In this document: positions 8,011-20,457 of the stretch, piece after piece | How the letters are laid out: every line of letters starts with the position of its first letter | Position numbering within the stretch: position 1 is the first letter of the stretch | Notes under the pieces: generated by a model | Databases searched by the model: none | The model's input: the letters and a program-made list of their open reading frames with translations, nothing else | What the model was told of the DNA's origin: nothing | Program-made: the position numbers and the translations under genes | Source: Erysipelotrichaceae bacterium | GTDB taxonomy: Bacteria; Bacillota_I; Bacilli_A; Erysipelotrichales; Erysipelotrichaceae | DNA: 32,000 bases | Direction: 5' to 3' | Assembly (NCBI GenBank): GCA_963663995.1 | Contig: OY760660.1 | Span: forward strand, 1,620,001-1,652,000

Positions 8011-8275
8011 CCTTGTAAAAACATCGCAGTTTAAAAAAAATCTCAAATTATCAATAAAAAGAGATAAAGATTTGTCAAAACTAGAAAAAGCAATAGATAT
8101 TCTAACTAGTGGATACACCTTACCATTTGAGTATAAAGAACACATTTTAATTGGACAATACAAAGGTATACATGAGTGTCATATTGAGAATGATTGGCTA
8201 CTCTTGTTTGAGTATGATGAAATAGAATTTCATTTAATCTTACATGGCATAGGAACACATAGTGATTTATTCTAA
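7997..8275 (+). CDS. Type II toxin, YafQ-type RelE-superfamily mRNA interferase
   Basis: MKRYSLVKTSQFKKNLKLSIKRDKD...EHILIGQYKGIHECHIENDWLLLFEYDE...GTHSDLF matches the YafQ pattern (FKKDLK, DHxLxGxxxGxRECHI, DWLLIY, GSHSxLF). ATG 7997 overlaps the antitoxin 3' end by 14 nt. Confidence 0.9.
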   Translation: MKRYSLVKTSQFKKNLKLSIKRDKDLSKLEKAIDILTSGYTLPFEYKEHILIGQYKGIHECHIENDWLLLFEYDEIEFHLILHGIGTHSDLF

Positions 8276-8299
8276 AAAGATTTTATTAGAATCTTCTTT

Positions 8300-9373
8300 T
8301 TACATGTATTTATTTATGTCGATTTTTAATTCTTGTGTAATTTGCTTAATTTCATTCATATCTTCATCATTTATAACTAAACCATTTTGTTTTACAGACT
8401 CGAAATATTCAAACTCTTTCTCGCCGTGAACATAAATTCTATCTTGGCTTTGCGATTTTTGTGAGTCTTTAAGCTCTTGAATGAAAGTATTCAACTTGTT
8501 TTGAATCAAATCAGCTGGACCAAATATCTTTGGATCAATCACCATAAAGAAATGACTTACCCCTGCATGAACATGATCTTGAATATGATTTGATGTTTTC
8601 CCAAGGGATAAGATACCGGTCAAGTATTCGACTAAGAATGAAAAGCCATAACCTTTGTGTGAACCAGTTTCTTCACTCGCTCCACCTAAAGGTAGTAAGC
8701 CAGAAATTTCTTGATAAACAGCTTTTAGGACATCACTTGGATTAGTGCTTGCTTGATAGTTTTCATCTAAACCCCAAGTATCAGGGATGGATTTATTCTC
8801 TTTTTGGGCAACTTCGATTTTACCTAGAGGAACAGTTGATGTGGCCACATCAAAGTTAAATGGAATATCACCAGTTGGAATACTAAATGCAATCGGATTG
8901 GTACCTAACATAGCTTTAACACCGTGAGTAGGAACGACTGCAGCCATTGAGTTAGTCATCGATATACCAATAAGATTGTCTTGTACAGCTTGTAAAGAAT
9001 AATAACTGGCAAAACCATAGTGATTAGAATTTCTAACAGTCGTAAGACAAATTCCAGAAACTTTGGCTTTCTCAATTGTTTGTCTCATCGCAAAATTTGA
9101 AACTAACTGACCCATACCCGCATGGCCATCGATGACACAAGAAACAGGTGATTCAAAAACAATCTCAGGTTTTGCCTCACGATCAACCAAATGATTCTTT
9201 ATTTGTTGATGATACATCATTAAACGATTAATCCCATGCGTTCTCATTCCATAAGCGTCAGACATGACTAAAGTATCAGTAATTAGTTTTGCATCATCAA
9301 CTTCAAAACCATAACTTGTATATATTTTTTCTATTAAACATCTTAAAGATTCTAAAGAATAATTATTCATCAT
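8300..9373 (-). CDS. Ldh2-family (malate/L-lactate/ureidoglycolate-type) NAD(P)H-dependent dehydrogenase
   Basis: GMRTHGINRL, NSNHYGFASYY and GTNPIAFSIP motifs, characteristic of the Ldh_2 family; 357 aa. Confidence 0.8.
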   Translation of the reverse strand: MMNNYSLESLRCLIEKIYTSYGFEVDDAKLITDTLVMSDAYGMRTHGINRLMMYHQQIKNHLVDREAKPEIVFESPVSCVIDGHAGMGQLVSNFAMRQTIEKAKVSGICLTTVRNSNHYGFASYYSLQAVQDNLIGISMTNSMAAVVPTHGVKAMLGTNPIAFSIPTGDIPFNFDVATSTVPLGKIEVAQKENKSIPDTWGLDENYQASTNPSDVLKAVYQEISGLLPLGGASEETGSHKGYGFSFLVEYLTGILSLGKTSNHIQDHVHAGVSHFFMVIDPKIFGPADLIQNKLNTFIQELKDSQKSQSQDRIYVHGEKEFEYFESVKQNGLVINDEDMNEIKQITQELKIDINKYM

Positions 9374-10112
9374 TCAAGGTACCGATAAAAGGCTTTAAGT
9401 ATAGATCAGCTGATCGCGTCATTTCAACCGCAAAATCAGAACCATACTTACGGTTATAAAAACGTTTAACATATTCATCGAAACCGATTTGGTTTAATTC
9501 ACCAAGTTCACTTAGGCTTTCTCTTAAGTCATTTGAACTTAATTGTTGATATGTATTTTCATGGACAATGTATTTTTTATCAAAACGTTTTGGTTTTTTT
9601 CGATCGATTTGATGTTGAGTTGGATAACCATAAACTAACATTGAAATCGGAATCATTTTTTCACTTAAATTTAAAAGTTTACGAACATCTTCGATATTTT
9701 CTAAAATATCTCCAATATAAACAGACCCTAAACCAAAGGATTGAGCTGCAACAACCGTATTTTGAGCCGCAATCATAGTATCTTCAATTGCTAATAATAT
9801 ATCTCCTGAACCAGGTTTTCTAGGATTGAGTCCAGCTTCAATATAATAATCAAACCATCTTTGTGTATCTGCCACAAAGACACAAACAAGAGGAGCTGTT
9901 GTGATAAAAGTTTGATGATCACAACTTGCTGCTAAATCAGCTTTAAGTTTTTCATCAGTTATATTAATGATTGAATATAACATTTGATTTCCAGCGGTTG
10001 GTGCTTGAAAAGCTGCATTAAAAATGGCTTCTTTTATATCTGCTGAAATCTTCTTATCCTCAAAGATGCGTACTGATTTTCGATTACATAATGATTGATA
10101 TATTTCGTTCAT
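9363..10112 (-). CDS. NfsA-like NADPH-dependent nitroreductase-family flavoprotein
   Basis: N-terminal CNRKSVRIFEDKKIS...AAFQAPTAGNQMLYSIINITD matches the NfsA/NfrA pattern; 249 aa. Its 3' end overlaps the downstream Ldh2 gene start by 11 nt. Confidence 0.8.
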   Translation of the reverse strand: MNEIYQSLCNRKSVRIFEDKKISADIKEAIFNAAFQAPTAGNQMLYSIINITDEKLKADLAASCDHQTFITTAPLVCVFVADTQRWFDYYIEAGLNPRKPGSGDILLAIEDTMIAAQNTVVAAQSFGLGSVYIGDILENIEDVRKLLNLSEKMIPISMLVYGYPTQHQIDRKKPKRFDKKYIVHENTYQQLSSNDLRESLSELGELNQIGFDEYVKRFYNRKYGSDFAVEMTRSADLYLKPFIGTLNDE

Positions 10113-10173
10113 AAGTCACTCCTTAAACACTGTTTTCATCTTATCATAATGGAACGATTTATCAGTCTATCCT

Positions 10174-10182
10174 TGGTATAAT
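10174..10182 (+). promoter_or_regulatory. Extended -10 promoter element upstream of the GH1 gene
   Basis: TGGTATAAT (TGnTATAAT) lies 31 nt upstream of ATG 10213. No good -35 was seen. AAGGAGG is the RBS. Confidence 0.4.
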
Positions 10183-10200
10183 TGGAATGAATTACCATAA

Positions 10201-11661
<1,461 letters not shown>

Positions 11662-11666
11662 AAGGA

Positions 11667-11706
11667 AAAGCCCTCAATCAGGAAGCAACTGATTAAGGGC
11701 TTTTTT
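11667..11706. terminator. Bidirectional rho-independent terminator between the GH1 gene and ilvD
   Basis: GCCCTCAATCAG (11670-11681) pairs with CTGATTAAGGGC (11689-11700) with one mismatch. It is flanked by A-rich sequence on the left and TTTTTT on the right. Confidence 0.8.
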
Positions 11707-11726
11707 ATGTCTATAGGTTAGTAATA

Positions 11727-13406
11727 TTAATCAAATTCGTCTTTTAAGACAGCACCTGTACTTGCAGATGTGACTAAGTGTTGATAACGACGTAAATAAG
11801 AGTTCTTCATTTCAACAACTTTAGGACTTGGGACAAAGTTAGCTGCACGTTTAGCAAGCTCTTCATCACTGAGTTTTACACGTAAGATACGTTTAGGAAT
11901 ATCGATTTCAATGATATCACCTTCTTGAAGTAGTCCGATAGGTCCACCATCAGCCGCTTCCGGAGAAACGTGACCGATCGCAGCACCTGCTGTACCACCA
12001 GAGAATCGACCATCAGTAATTAAGGCAACATCTTTATCTAAACCCATCCCAATGATGGTAGCAGTTGGGGATAACATTTCACGCATACCTGGTCCACCTT
12101 TAGGACCCTCGTAGCGAACAACGACAACATCACCTTTAACGATTTTGCCATTGATGATTGCATCATAAGCTTCTTCTTCACCATCAAAGACACGGGCTGG
12201 CCCAGAGTGAACTAACATCTCTTTCTTAACACCAATTTCTTTAACAACAGCACCTTCAGGCGCTAAGTTACCACGTAGGATAGCGATACCACCAGTTTTT
12301 GAATAAGGTTCATCAATTGGGTGAATAACATTCTTGTCAGTAACAAATGAGAAATAACTGTTTTCTGCATGTGTTTTACCAGTAACAGTAGGAAGATCTC
12401 CATCCATTAAACCAGCTTTAATCAGTTGTCTAATAACCGCTTGCACACCACCCGCTTCATGAAGCTCAACGATACGATGTTCTCCACTTGGGTTTAGTTT
12501 ACAGATATTAGGAATTAAATTAGATAGTTCATTGAAATGTTCAAGTTGAAGATCCACATCAGCCATTTTCGCAATCGCTAATAAGTGTAGAACTGTATTC
12601 GATGATCCACCAATTGCCATATCTACTTTAATCGCATTCTTGAAAGCTTCTAAAGTCATGATATCTCTAGGACGTACGTCATTGTTAACAAGGTCCATGA
12701 TTTTTTCACCAGCTTCTTTAGCGAGTTGTTTACGTTGAGCATAAACAGCTGGGATGGTTCCATTACCAGGAAGAGCAACCCCTAGCGCTTCAGCTAAACA
12801 GTTCATTGTATTGGCGGTATACATACCGGCACATGATCCACAAGTAGGACAAGCATTTAAGGCTGAATATTCGAGTTCGTCTTCAGTTAATTTACCAACG
12901 GTAAACTCACCAACAGCTTCAAAACCACCTTTGATTAAATCAGAATCTTGATGATGAACACGGCCTGGAAGCATAGCGCCACCAGAAACATAGATGGCAG
13001 GGACATTAAGTCTTGCCATCGCCATCAACATACCAGGAACTGTTTTATCGCAGTTACCAATTAAGACCATACCGTCTAATTGATGACCAATCATTACAGC
13101 TTCAATTGAATCTGCAATAAGTTCACGTGATGCGAGAGGGTAGTGCATACCATAGTGGTTCATCGTGATTCCATCACATAAAGCAATAGAAGGGAATTCA
13201 ACTGGTGTACCACCAGCTGTCGCAATACCAAGTTTTACTTTTTCAGTTAACTCTCTTAAGTGAACGTGTCCAGGAACAATTTCATTGAATGAGTTAACCA
13301 CACCAATCATTGGTTTATGTAAATCTTTTTCTGTATATCCAATCGCATAAAGTAAACTACGATGTGGGGCTCGATTAGGGCCCTTTTTTATTTGATCACT
13401 TTTCAT
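11727..13406 (-). CDS. ilvD: Dihydroxy-acid dehydratase
   Basis: [20 protein letters not shown]-terminus, with [13 protein letters not shown] and [16 protein letters not shown] Fe-S motifs. ATG 13406 has GGAGA upstream; the track start 13436 adds 10 non-conserved residues. Confidence 0.95.
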   Translation of the reverse strand: MKSDQIKKGPNRAPHRSLLYAIGYTEKDLHKPMIGVVNSFNEIVPGHVHLRELTEKVKLGIATAGGTPVEFPSIALCDGITMNHYGMHYPLASRELIADSIEAVMIGHQLDGMVLIGNCDKTVPGMLMAMARLNVPAIYVSGGAMLPGRVHHQDSDLIKGGFEAVGEFTVGKLTEDELEYSALNACPTCGSCAGMYTANTMNCLAEALGVALPGNGTIPAVYAQRKQLAKEAGEKIMDLVNNDVRPRDIMTLEAFKNAIKVDMAIGGSSNTVLHLLAIAKMADVDLQLEHFNELSNLIPNICKLNPSGEHRIVELHEAGGVQAVIRQLIKAGLMDGDLPTVTGKTHAENSYFSFVTDKNVIHPIDEPYSKTGGIAILRGNLAPEGAVVKEIGVKKEMLVHSGPARVFDGEEEAYDAIINGKIVKGDVVVVRYEGPKGGPGMREMLSPTATIIGMGLDKDVALITDGRFSGGTAGAAIGHVSPEAADGGPIGLLQEGDIIEIDIPKRILRVKLSDEELAKRAANFVPSPKVVEMKNSYLRRYQHLVTSASTGAVLKDEFD

Positions 13407-13480
13407 ATTGTCTCCATTTAGAAATATGGGAATCATCCAAAATGAACGATTCCCACACTAATATTTCTTATTAAATAAGA

Positions 13481-14476
13481 TTATTTATTTTGATTCCATG
13501 CCATATTAGCACGTAATTCTTTGCCCACTTTTTCAATGAGTAGATCTTTTTCTTCAGCACGTTTGTTAGCGAACCAAGGACGACCATCTTCATTTTCTTT
13601 AATCCAGTTTTTAGCGAATTTACCTGATTGGATATCAGCTAATACATCTTTCATAGCTTGCTTAGAAGCATCTGAGATGATACGTGGACCAGAAACATAG
13701 TCACCATATTCTGCTGTATCAGAAACAGAATAACGCATACGTTCTAAACCGCCTTCATTGATTAAATCAACAATCAGTTTTAGTTCATGTAATACTTCAT
13801 AGTAAGCAATTTCAGGTTGGTAACCAGCTTCAACTAATGTATCGAAACCAGCTTTGATAAGTTCTACAGTACCACCGCAAAGAACAGCTTGTTCACCGAA
13901 TAGGTCAGTTTCTGTTTCTTCTTGGATTGTTGTTTCAACACAACCAGCAGGTAATGTACCAATACCATATGAATAAGCTAATGACTTAGCGAAAGCAGTA
14001 CCTGTTGCATCTTGATAAACAGCAACTAAACCAGGAACACCTTTTTTCTCAGTGAACATACGACGTACTAAATGACCAGGTCCTTTAGGTGCGCATAGGA
14101 ATACATCAACATCCTTTGGAGGAGTGATTAAACCATAGTGTAATGAGAAACCGTGAGAAACAACCAATGATTTACCAGCTGTTAAATTTGGTTCAACAAA
14201 TTCATCGTAAACTGCTTTGTGATTTTCATCAGGAATAAGTAGGTGAATATAATCAGCTTTTTCGCAAGCTTCTTTAATGGTTAATGCTTCTAAACCATCT
14301 GCTTTAACTTGATCAAAAGTTTTTGATCCTTCTCTTAAACCAACAACAACATCAAATCCATTGTCATGTAAGTTTTGTGCTTGAGCATGTCCTTGTGAAC
14401 CGTAGCCAATAACTGCGATCTTTTTTCCTTTTAGGATATCTAGATCAGCATCCTTCATTGTATAAATTTTTGCCAT
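13481..14476 (-). CDS. ilvC: Ketol-acid reductoisomerase (class I)
   Basis: [19 protein letters not shown]-binding motif; 331 aa; AGGAGA RBS. Confidence 0.95.
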   Translation of the reverse strand: MAKIYTMKDADLDILKGKKIAVIGYGSQGHAQAQNLHDNGFDVVVGLREGSKTFDQVKADGLEALTIKEACEKADYIHLLIPDENHKAVYDEFVEPNLTAGKSLVVSHGFSLHYGLITPPKDVDVFLCAPKGPGHLVRRMFTEKKGVPGLVAVYQDATGTAFAKSLAYSYGIGTLPAGCVETTIQEETETDLFGEQAVLCGGTVELIKAGFDTLVEAGYQPEIAYYEVLHELKLIVDLINEGGLERMRYSVSDTAEYGDYVSGPRIISDASKQAMKDVLADIQSGKFAKNWIKENEDGRPWFANKRAEEKDLLIEKVGKELRANMAWNQNK

Positions 14477-14488
14477 TTTTTATCTCCT

Positions 14489-15544
14489 TTAGATCTTTCT
14501 AAGTATAGCATCTGTTAATTCAACAGTATTTAATGATTTTGGACCTGATTTAACAAGGTCTTTTGTTCCATAGCCTTCAACTAAGATTTCTTCAATCGCT
14601 GATTCTATGTTTTGTGCTTCTTCTTCAAGATTGAAGCTATATCTTAACATCATCGCAACCGATAAGATTGTCGCAATTGGATTCGCAATTCCTAAGCCTG
14701 CAATATCTGGAGCAGAACCATGAATAGGTTCATATAAACCAACGCCATCACCGACCGATGCAGATGGTAATAAACCAATCGATCCAGTCATAACAGCTGC
14801 TTCATCAGATAGGATATCTCCAAATAAGTTACCCGTCACAAGGACATCGAAGTCTGATGGATTAGTCACTAACTTCATTGCGGCGATATCGACGTAGAGA
14901 TGATTCACTTCTACTTCAGGATATTCTTTCGCAACTTCTAAGAAAGTTTCACGCCATAGTCTTGAAACAGCTAGGACATTACTCTTATCAACGTTAGTCA
15001 CTTTTTTCTTACGTGTCATTGCTGCTTTGAAAGCTACATGACAAATACGTTCGACTTCAGCTTTTGTGTATTGCATAACTGAATAAGCTTTATCACCTTC
15101 ATAGAACTGTTCACCAAAGTAAACACCACCCGTCAGTTCTCTGACAATTAAGCAATCAAAGTTTTCAATCAATTCCTTTTTTAAAGGAGAAGCTTCAACC
15201 ATTGATGGATAAGCTTTTGAGATACGTAAGTTAGCGTAAACGCCCATTTCCTTACGGATTTTAAGTAAACCTTTTTCAGGTCTTAAATCGCCCGGGACAC
15301 TGTCCCATTTAGGACCACCTACAGCACCAAGGAGTACTGCATCATTACTTAAGCACATTTTGACAACTTCATCTGTGAGTGGAACACCGTCTTGATCGAT
15401 TGAACAACCACCGATTAAGCCTTCAATATATTTGAATGTATGATTGTATTTTTCACCAATCTTATCTAAAACGCGTAGACTCTCACTAACAATCTCTGGA
15501 CCAATACCATCGCCTTTAAGAACAGCTATATTATATTGTCCCAT
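14489..15544 (-). CDS. leuB: 3-isopropylmalate dehydrogenase
   Basis: [12 protein letters not shown] signature; 351 aa. The ATG overlaps the leuD TAA by 1 nt (TAATG). Confidence 0.95.
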   Translation of the reverse strand: MGQYNIAVLKGDGIGPEIVSESLRVLDKIGEKYNHTFKYIEGLIGGCSIDQDGVPLTDEVVKMCLSNDAVLLGAVGGPKWDSVPGDLRPEKGLLKIRKEMGVYANLRISKAYPSMVEASPLKKELIENFDCLIVRELTGGVYFGEQFYEGDKAYSVMQYTKAEVERICHVAFKAAMTRKKKVTNVDKSNVLAVSRLWRETFLEVAKEYPEVEVNHLYVDIAAMKLVTNPSDFDVLVTGNLFGDILSDEAAVMTGSIGLLPSASVGDGVGLYEPIHGSAPDIAGLGIANPIATILSVAMMLRYSFNLEEEAQNIESAIEEILVEGYGTKDLVKSGPKSLNTVELTDAILRKI

Positions 15545-16083
15545 TATTTAATGAGTCCTAACTTTTTCGCATAGAGGAATAAACCACCTGCTCCAATAAT
15601 ATCTTTTGCACTACCTAAATCATTGAGTTGATAAGTTTGTCCACTTGTTAGATTTTTTAAGATGTAGCTGTCAGTATCAATTTCAACTTCATCATCTGTA
15701 TTAAAATCTTCAACGATTCTTACAGGTGTTTCATAAGGTGTAATAAATCCACCATCAACGGAATTACGATAGAAGATACGAGCGTAATCTTCAGCAATAA
15801 CACATTTCACACCCGCCATCGCTAGTGCTAATGGAGCATGTTCACGTGAGGAACCACAACCAAAGTTTTTACCTGTAATCATGACAGAATATTTACTTTC
15901 AAATCCATCACCTTCGATGAAAGGTTGTTTTTGTAGGATTTCTTCAGGTAAACCACTCATCGCATATTTACCGTAAAGTTTTGCTTCTTCACCCTCAACT
16001 TGATAGACAAGGTGTTTAGCAGGAATAATTTGATCGGTATCAATGTTGTCTGGAACAACATAAGCTAAGCCTTTAATAATCAT
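15544..16083 (-). CDS. leuD: 3-isopropylmalate dehydratase small subunit (short, type-2 form)
   Basis: [14 protein letters not shown] and [13 protein letters not shown] motifs; 179 aa. The start overlaps the leuC stop by 1 nt. Confidence 0.9.
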   Translation of the reverse strand: MIIKGLAYVVPDNIDTDQIIPAKHLVYQVEGEEAKLYGKYAMSGLPEEILQKQPFIEGDGFESKYSVMITGKNFGCGSSREHAPLALAMAGVKCVIAEDYARIFYRNSVDGGFITPYETPVRIVEDFNTDDEVEIDTDSYILKNLTSGQTYQLNDLGSAKDIIGAGGLFLYAKKLGLIK

Positions 16084-17390
16084 TATTTAAGCCCTCCTAA
16101 GAATTCACGAGGATCTGTAATATGACCCGTTAAAGCAGAAGCTGCTGCAGTATATGGAGAAGCTAAGTAAATAGGTGCTTCTTTTGAACCCATACGTCCA
16201 GGGAAGTTACGGTTTGTTGTTGAGATAACAACTTCAGTCGCATGTGTACGTCCAAATGTATCTTCAGGGCCACCTAAACATGCTGCACATGAAGGTAAAC
16301 CAATATCACAACCTGCTTCTTCTAAGATTTGATATAAAGTCTTATCTTTATAAGTAATGTTATGTAAGTTGTCTAAAACTTGTGATGTAGCAGGAACAGC
16401 GAATGTTTGAATAGCTACTTTCTTGCCATAGAGGATTTCACAAGCTGCAAAGAAGTCAGATGTTTTACCACCTGTACAACTTCCAATATACGCGCGAGTT
16501 AGTTCGATATGAGCTAAATCTTTTGCCTTAGCCCCATTCCCTGGTGAGTAAGGTTGAGCAACCATTGGTTCTAAATCTTCAGCATTGTATTCAATAACTG
16601 TGTGATATTTCGCATCTTCATCAGCTGTATAAACTGTAAATGGTTTATTGGATTTGTTAGTAACAAATTCAACCGTTTTACTATCAGCTGGAATTAAGCC
16701 GTTTTTACCACCTGCTTCAATCGCCATATTACAGATCGTCATACGTTCTTCCATATTGAGTGAAGAAATCGCATCACCATCAAATTGCATGGTTCTATAA
16801 GTAGCACCATCAAAGCCGATATCGTTGATAACCGCTAAGACAATGTCTTTACCCATAATATATTTAGGGAGTTTACCATTGAAGGTAAAACGCATAGTTT
16901 CAGGCACTTTTACCCAAAGTTTACCAGTTCCTAAGATATAACCACCATCGGTATTACCAATCCCAGAAGCAAACATTCCGAATGCTCCAGCTGAGCAGGT
17001 ATGTGAATCAGTTCCAAATAGAGTATCACCTGGTAATAAGTGACCTTCCTCCATAATCGCAACGTGACATACACCTTTATAGTTTTCAGTGAATGGTTCG
17101 TAATAGTTGGTTAAGTTTTGATCTAAAGCAAATTGCTTAACATATTCTAAGTTACGAATCGCGTGTACATTTTTTGTGAAGATATAGTGGTCAGGAATTA
17201 AGATAACTTTATCCTTGTCCCATACTTTGGCATCTTCACCAAATTCTCTCTTAAAAATCGAAATTGTCCCAGGACCTGTTACATCATGTGTTAATAAGTT
17301 ATCAACATCAATCCAAACGTTATCGCCTGGTTTAACAGAATCTTTGTGAGCACGATTTGCTAAGATTTTTTCAACAATGGTCATCCCCAT
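16083..17390 (-). CDS. leuC: 3-isopropylmalate dehydratase large subunit (short, type-2 form)
   Basis: GTDSHTCSAGAFG, IGSCTGG and NRNFPGRMG aconitase-family cluster motifs; 435 aa. Confidence 0.9.
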   Translation of the reverse strand: MGMTIVEKILANRAHKDSVKPGDNVWIDVDNLLTHDVTGPGTISIFKREFGEDAKVWDKDKVILIPDHYIFTKNVHAIRNLEYVKQFALDQNLTNYYEPFTENYKGVCHVAIMEEGHLLPGDTLFGTDSHTCSAGAFGMFASGIGNTDGGYILGTGKLWVKVPETMRFTFNGKLPKYIMGKDIVLAVINDIGFDGATYRTMQFDGDAISSLNMEERMTICNMAIEAGGKNGLIPADSKTVEFVTNKSNKPFTVYTADEDAKYHTVIEYNAEDLEPMVAQPYSPGNGAKAKDLAHIELTRAYIGSCTGGKTSDFFAACEILYGKKVAIQTFAVPATSQVLDNLHNITYKDKTLYQILEEAGCDIGLPSCAACLGGPEDTFGRTHATEVVISTTNRNFPGRMGSKEAPIYLASPYTAAASALTGHITDPREFLGGLK

Positions 17391-17392
17391 AC

Positions 17393-18955
17393 TTAGTTGT
17401 TCTCCTTTTTTAATAATTTATATTCTAATGAATCTACCAGTGCAAGTAAACTTGCTTCGATGATATTTGTCGAAACACCCATAGTATTCCACTCATCTTC
17501 TCCATCAGACGTTACTATTGTAACTCGAACGGTCGCATCTGTCGCTTCATTATGGTCTAAAACTCTAACAATATAGTCAGTCAGAATAACATCCTTAATT
17601 TCAGGATAGAATTCTTCTAAAACTAAACGTAAAGCTTTATCCAATGCATTAACAGGTCCATCACCTTCAGCGGAGACTAAGCGTACTTGATCGTTAATTC
17701 TAACCTTAACTGTACACAGAATATCTAAACCTAAAGTTGAGACATCACGTACTTCATAGTAAATGATATCGAAGGACGGATCAAACTTCTGTAGCAGCTT
17801 TTGAATGAGCAATTCAAGGGAAGCGGGGGCATTCTCATATTGATAGCCTTGTTGTTCCATATCCTTGATGGTCTCAATCAATTTCTTAGCTGTTTCAGAT
17901 TCTTTGTCCAAGCTCGGATCGTATTTATTTAAGAGTTCCATAATCGCTCCGCGGCCAGAAACTTCTGAAATAATAATATTTCTTTCATTACCCACCACAT
18001 CAGGTGAGCAATGTTCGAAAGATGAACTTGCTTTTAGGACACCATCGATGTGCATGCCACCTTTGTGGGCAAAAGCATTTTTACCAACATAAGGCATACC
18101 GTTATCTAAGTGAACATTGGCATGTTCAGCAATTTGTCGACATGTATGAGTTAAGTTTTTAAGTTGATCATCACTGATGACTTTAATTCCTTTTTTAACT
18201 TGTAAATTAGCAATGACATTACTAAGGTTGCAGTTACCTGTTCTTTCCCCAAAGCCATTGAGTACACCCTGTACATGAATAGCTCCATTATCGATTCCGG
18301 CATGGGCGTTCGCCACCCCAAAGCCAATATCGTTATGTGTATGGATACCAATTAAAGCATCTGGTAAAGCTGTGCAAACCGCTTTTGTTATTTCAGCCAC
18401 TTCTTCAGGGAAACAACCACCATTTGTTTCACAGAGAACCAAACGTGTTGCGCCAGCATTGTGAGCAGCTTTCAAACATTCAATCGCATATTCCGGATTG
18501 TTTTTGTAACCATCAAAGAAATGTTCAGCATCGAAGAAGACTTCTTTGTCATGTTCGCGTAAGTATTGAATACTATCGGCAATCATCTTTAAGTTTTCAT
18601 CAAGAGTCGTGCGGATAACATCAGTCACATGAAAGTCCCATGACTTACCAAAGATGGTGATGATATCACAGAAAGCATTGGCTAACTTATTTAAGTTATC
18701 ATCATCTTTTGCGCTAATACCTTTACGACGTGTGCTACCAAAGGCAACAATCTTCGCATTTTTAAGGACAGTATTTTCTAAGGCATCAAAGAATTCAATG
18801 TCTTTTGGATTTGAACCAGGATTACCAGCTTCAATATAATCAATCCCTAATTCATCTAATAGATGAACAGTTCTTAATTTATCTCTAAAGCTAAAGGAAA
18901 CATTTCTTGCTTGAGCGCCATCACGTAAGGTTGTGTCAAACAACTCTATCTTCAT
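17393..18955 (-). CDS. cimA: Citramalate synthase-like LeuA-family paralog
   Basis: 520-aa DRE-TIM aldolase (FDTTLRDGAQA, IGIHTHNDIGFGVANA) with a C-terminal LeuA-dimer-type domain. It sits next to a separate canonical leuA. The N-terminal pattern MKIELFDTTLRDGAQARNVSFSFRDKL...IEAGNPGSNPKD is what I recognise from the bacterial citramalate-synthase clade. The assignment is by recognition, not by search. Confidence 0.75.
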   Translation of the reverse strand: MKIELFDTTLRDGAQARNVSFSFRDKLRTVHLLDELGIDYIEAGNPGSNPKDIEFFDALENTVLKNAKIVAFGSTRRKGISAKDDDNLNKLANAFCDIITIFGKSWDFHVTDVIRTTLDENLKMIADSIQYLREHDKEVFFDAEHFFDGYKNNPEYAIECLKAAHNAGATRLVLCETNGGCFPEEVAEITKAVCTALPDALIGIHTHNDIGFGVANAHAGIDNGAIHVQGVLNGFGERTGNCNLSNVIANLQVKKGIKVISDDQLKNLTHTCRQIAEHANVHLDNGMPYVGKNAFAHKGGMHIDGVLKASSSFEHCSPDVVGNERNIIISEVSGRGAIMELLNKYDPSLDKESETAKKLIETIKDMEQQGYQYENAPASLELLIQKLLQKFDPSFDIIYYEVRDVSTLGLDILCTVKVRINDQVRLVSAEGDGPVNALDKALRLVLEEFYPEIKDVILTDYIVRVLDHNEATDATVRVTIVTSDGEDEWNTMGVSTNIIEASLLALVDSLEYKLLKKENN

Positions 18956-20448
18956 GATTGAGTACTTCCAATCGCAAGTAGATAAGCATCTATACTTGCT
19001 TCAACAATATCGCTACTTACAGCTCGTCCATAGTATTGTTTCTTTTCAAACTCGATTGTTATGTCAACTTTTGCGAGTGATTCAACATCATCGGTAACGG
19101 TTGATAATTGATAGGAATGCAGTGGATATTGTCCTTTATAGACTTTAGATATAGCGTTGTATAAAGCATCAACTGATCCAACACCTTTACCTTTTTCTGA
19201 AATAATATCACCATCAATATTTAAACTTATTTCAGCCAGAGATTCATCATTTTCACGTCTAGCGCTATAAGAAATCACTTTTGTTTCAGTTGAAGAATCA
19301 ATGGATCCATTAACGATAACCACTAAATCTTTATCGTGGATTTCTTTCTTCGTATCAGCTAAACGTTTGAATTGTTCAAACATTTGATCAATTCTAGTAT
19401 TGTCGTAACTAATGCCAAGTTTATTGATTCGATCAACAAAGGCATGACGACCTGATAAGGCTCCTAGTACGATTTCATTTTCAGGTAAACCAATCGATTG
19501 AGGACTCATGATTTCATAAGTTTCACGATTGGCTAGTACACCATGTTGATGGATACCAGATTCATGTGAGAAAGCATTCGCTCCCACAATAGCTTTATTC
19601 GGTTGAACATTAATACCAGATAAATATTGAACAAGCTGTGAAGTGTTATAAATTTGTTCAGTAGTAATGTTTGTGTACAAATCAGAATAGTAATCTTTAC
19701 GTGTTTTAAGGGCCATCACAACTTCTTCTAAAGCAACATTTCCAGCTCTTTCACCAATACCATTGATGGAACCTTCAATTTGTGTTGCCCCAGCATGGAC
19801 AGCAGCCAATGAATTCGCTACAGCCATTCCTAAGTCGTTATGACAATGCACTGAAATTTCGACATTTTCTATGCCTTCAACATGTGCGATTAAATATTTC
19901 ATTAAGTCTGCATATTCATTAGGTGTTACATAACCAACGGTATCCGGTACATTTAAGACAGTTGCGCCAGCTTTAATGACTGCACTAAAGATTTCGACTA
20001 AGAAATCACGATCACTACGAGTTGCATCTTCAGCTGAAAATTCAACATCATCACATAGTGTTTTTGCATAAGCAACTGATTCAATCGCTTTCGCTAAAAC
20101 TTGTTCCTTATTCATTTTGAGTTTGAATTCCATATGAATAGGGGACGTTGCTATAAAAACATGAATTCGATGTTTTGGTGCAGCTTTAATGGCTTCATAA
20201 GCTGTATCGATATCCTTTTTAATGGATCTCGCTAATGAACATAAAGTTGATGTCTTGAGGACTTTAGACATTTCGACTAAAGCTTCATAGCTTTTTGGTG
20301 AGGCAATCGCAAATCCACCTTCGATGACATCAACACCGAGTTTTTCTAACTGTAAAGCAATCTTTACTTTATCTTCCGTTGTGAAGTTAACACGAGGTGT
20401 TTGTTCACCATCACGAAGTGTTGTATCAAATAATTTAACTTGTCTCAT
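18952..20448 (-). CDS. leuA: 2-isopropylmalate synthase
   Basis: FDTTLRDGEQTP and VHCHNDLGMAVANSLAAV motifs; 498 aa with a regulatory C-terminal domain. Its TGA overlaps the cimA ATG (ATGA). Confidence 0.9.
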   Translation of the reverse strand: MRQVKLFDTTLRDGEQTPRVNFTTEDKVKIALQLEKLGVDVIEGGFAIASPKSYEALVEMSKVLKTSTLCSLARSIKKDIDTAYEAIKAAPKHRIHVFIATSPIHMEFKLKMNKEQVLAKAIESVAYAKTLCDDVEFSAEDATRSDRDFLVEIFSAVIKAGATVLNVPDTVGYVTPNEYADLMKYLIAHVEGIENVEISVHCHNDLGMAVANSLAAVHAGATQIEGSINGIGERAGNVALEEVVMALKTRKDYYSDLYTNITTEQIYNTSQLVQYLSGINVQPNKAIVGANAFSHESGIHQHGVLANRETYEIMSPQSIGLPENEIVLGALSGRHAFVDRINKLGISYDNTRIDQMFEQFKRLADTKKEIHDKDLVVIVNGSIDSSTETKVISYSARRENDESLAEISLNIDGDIISEKGKGVGSVDALYNAISKVYKGQYPLHSYQLSTVTDDVESLAKVDITIEFEKKQYYGRAVSSDIVEASIDAYLLAIGSTQS

Positions 20449-20457
20449 AAAGCACTC

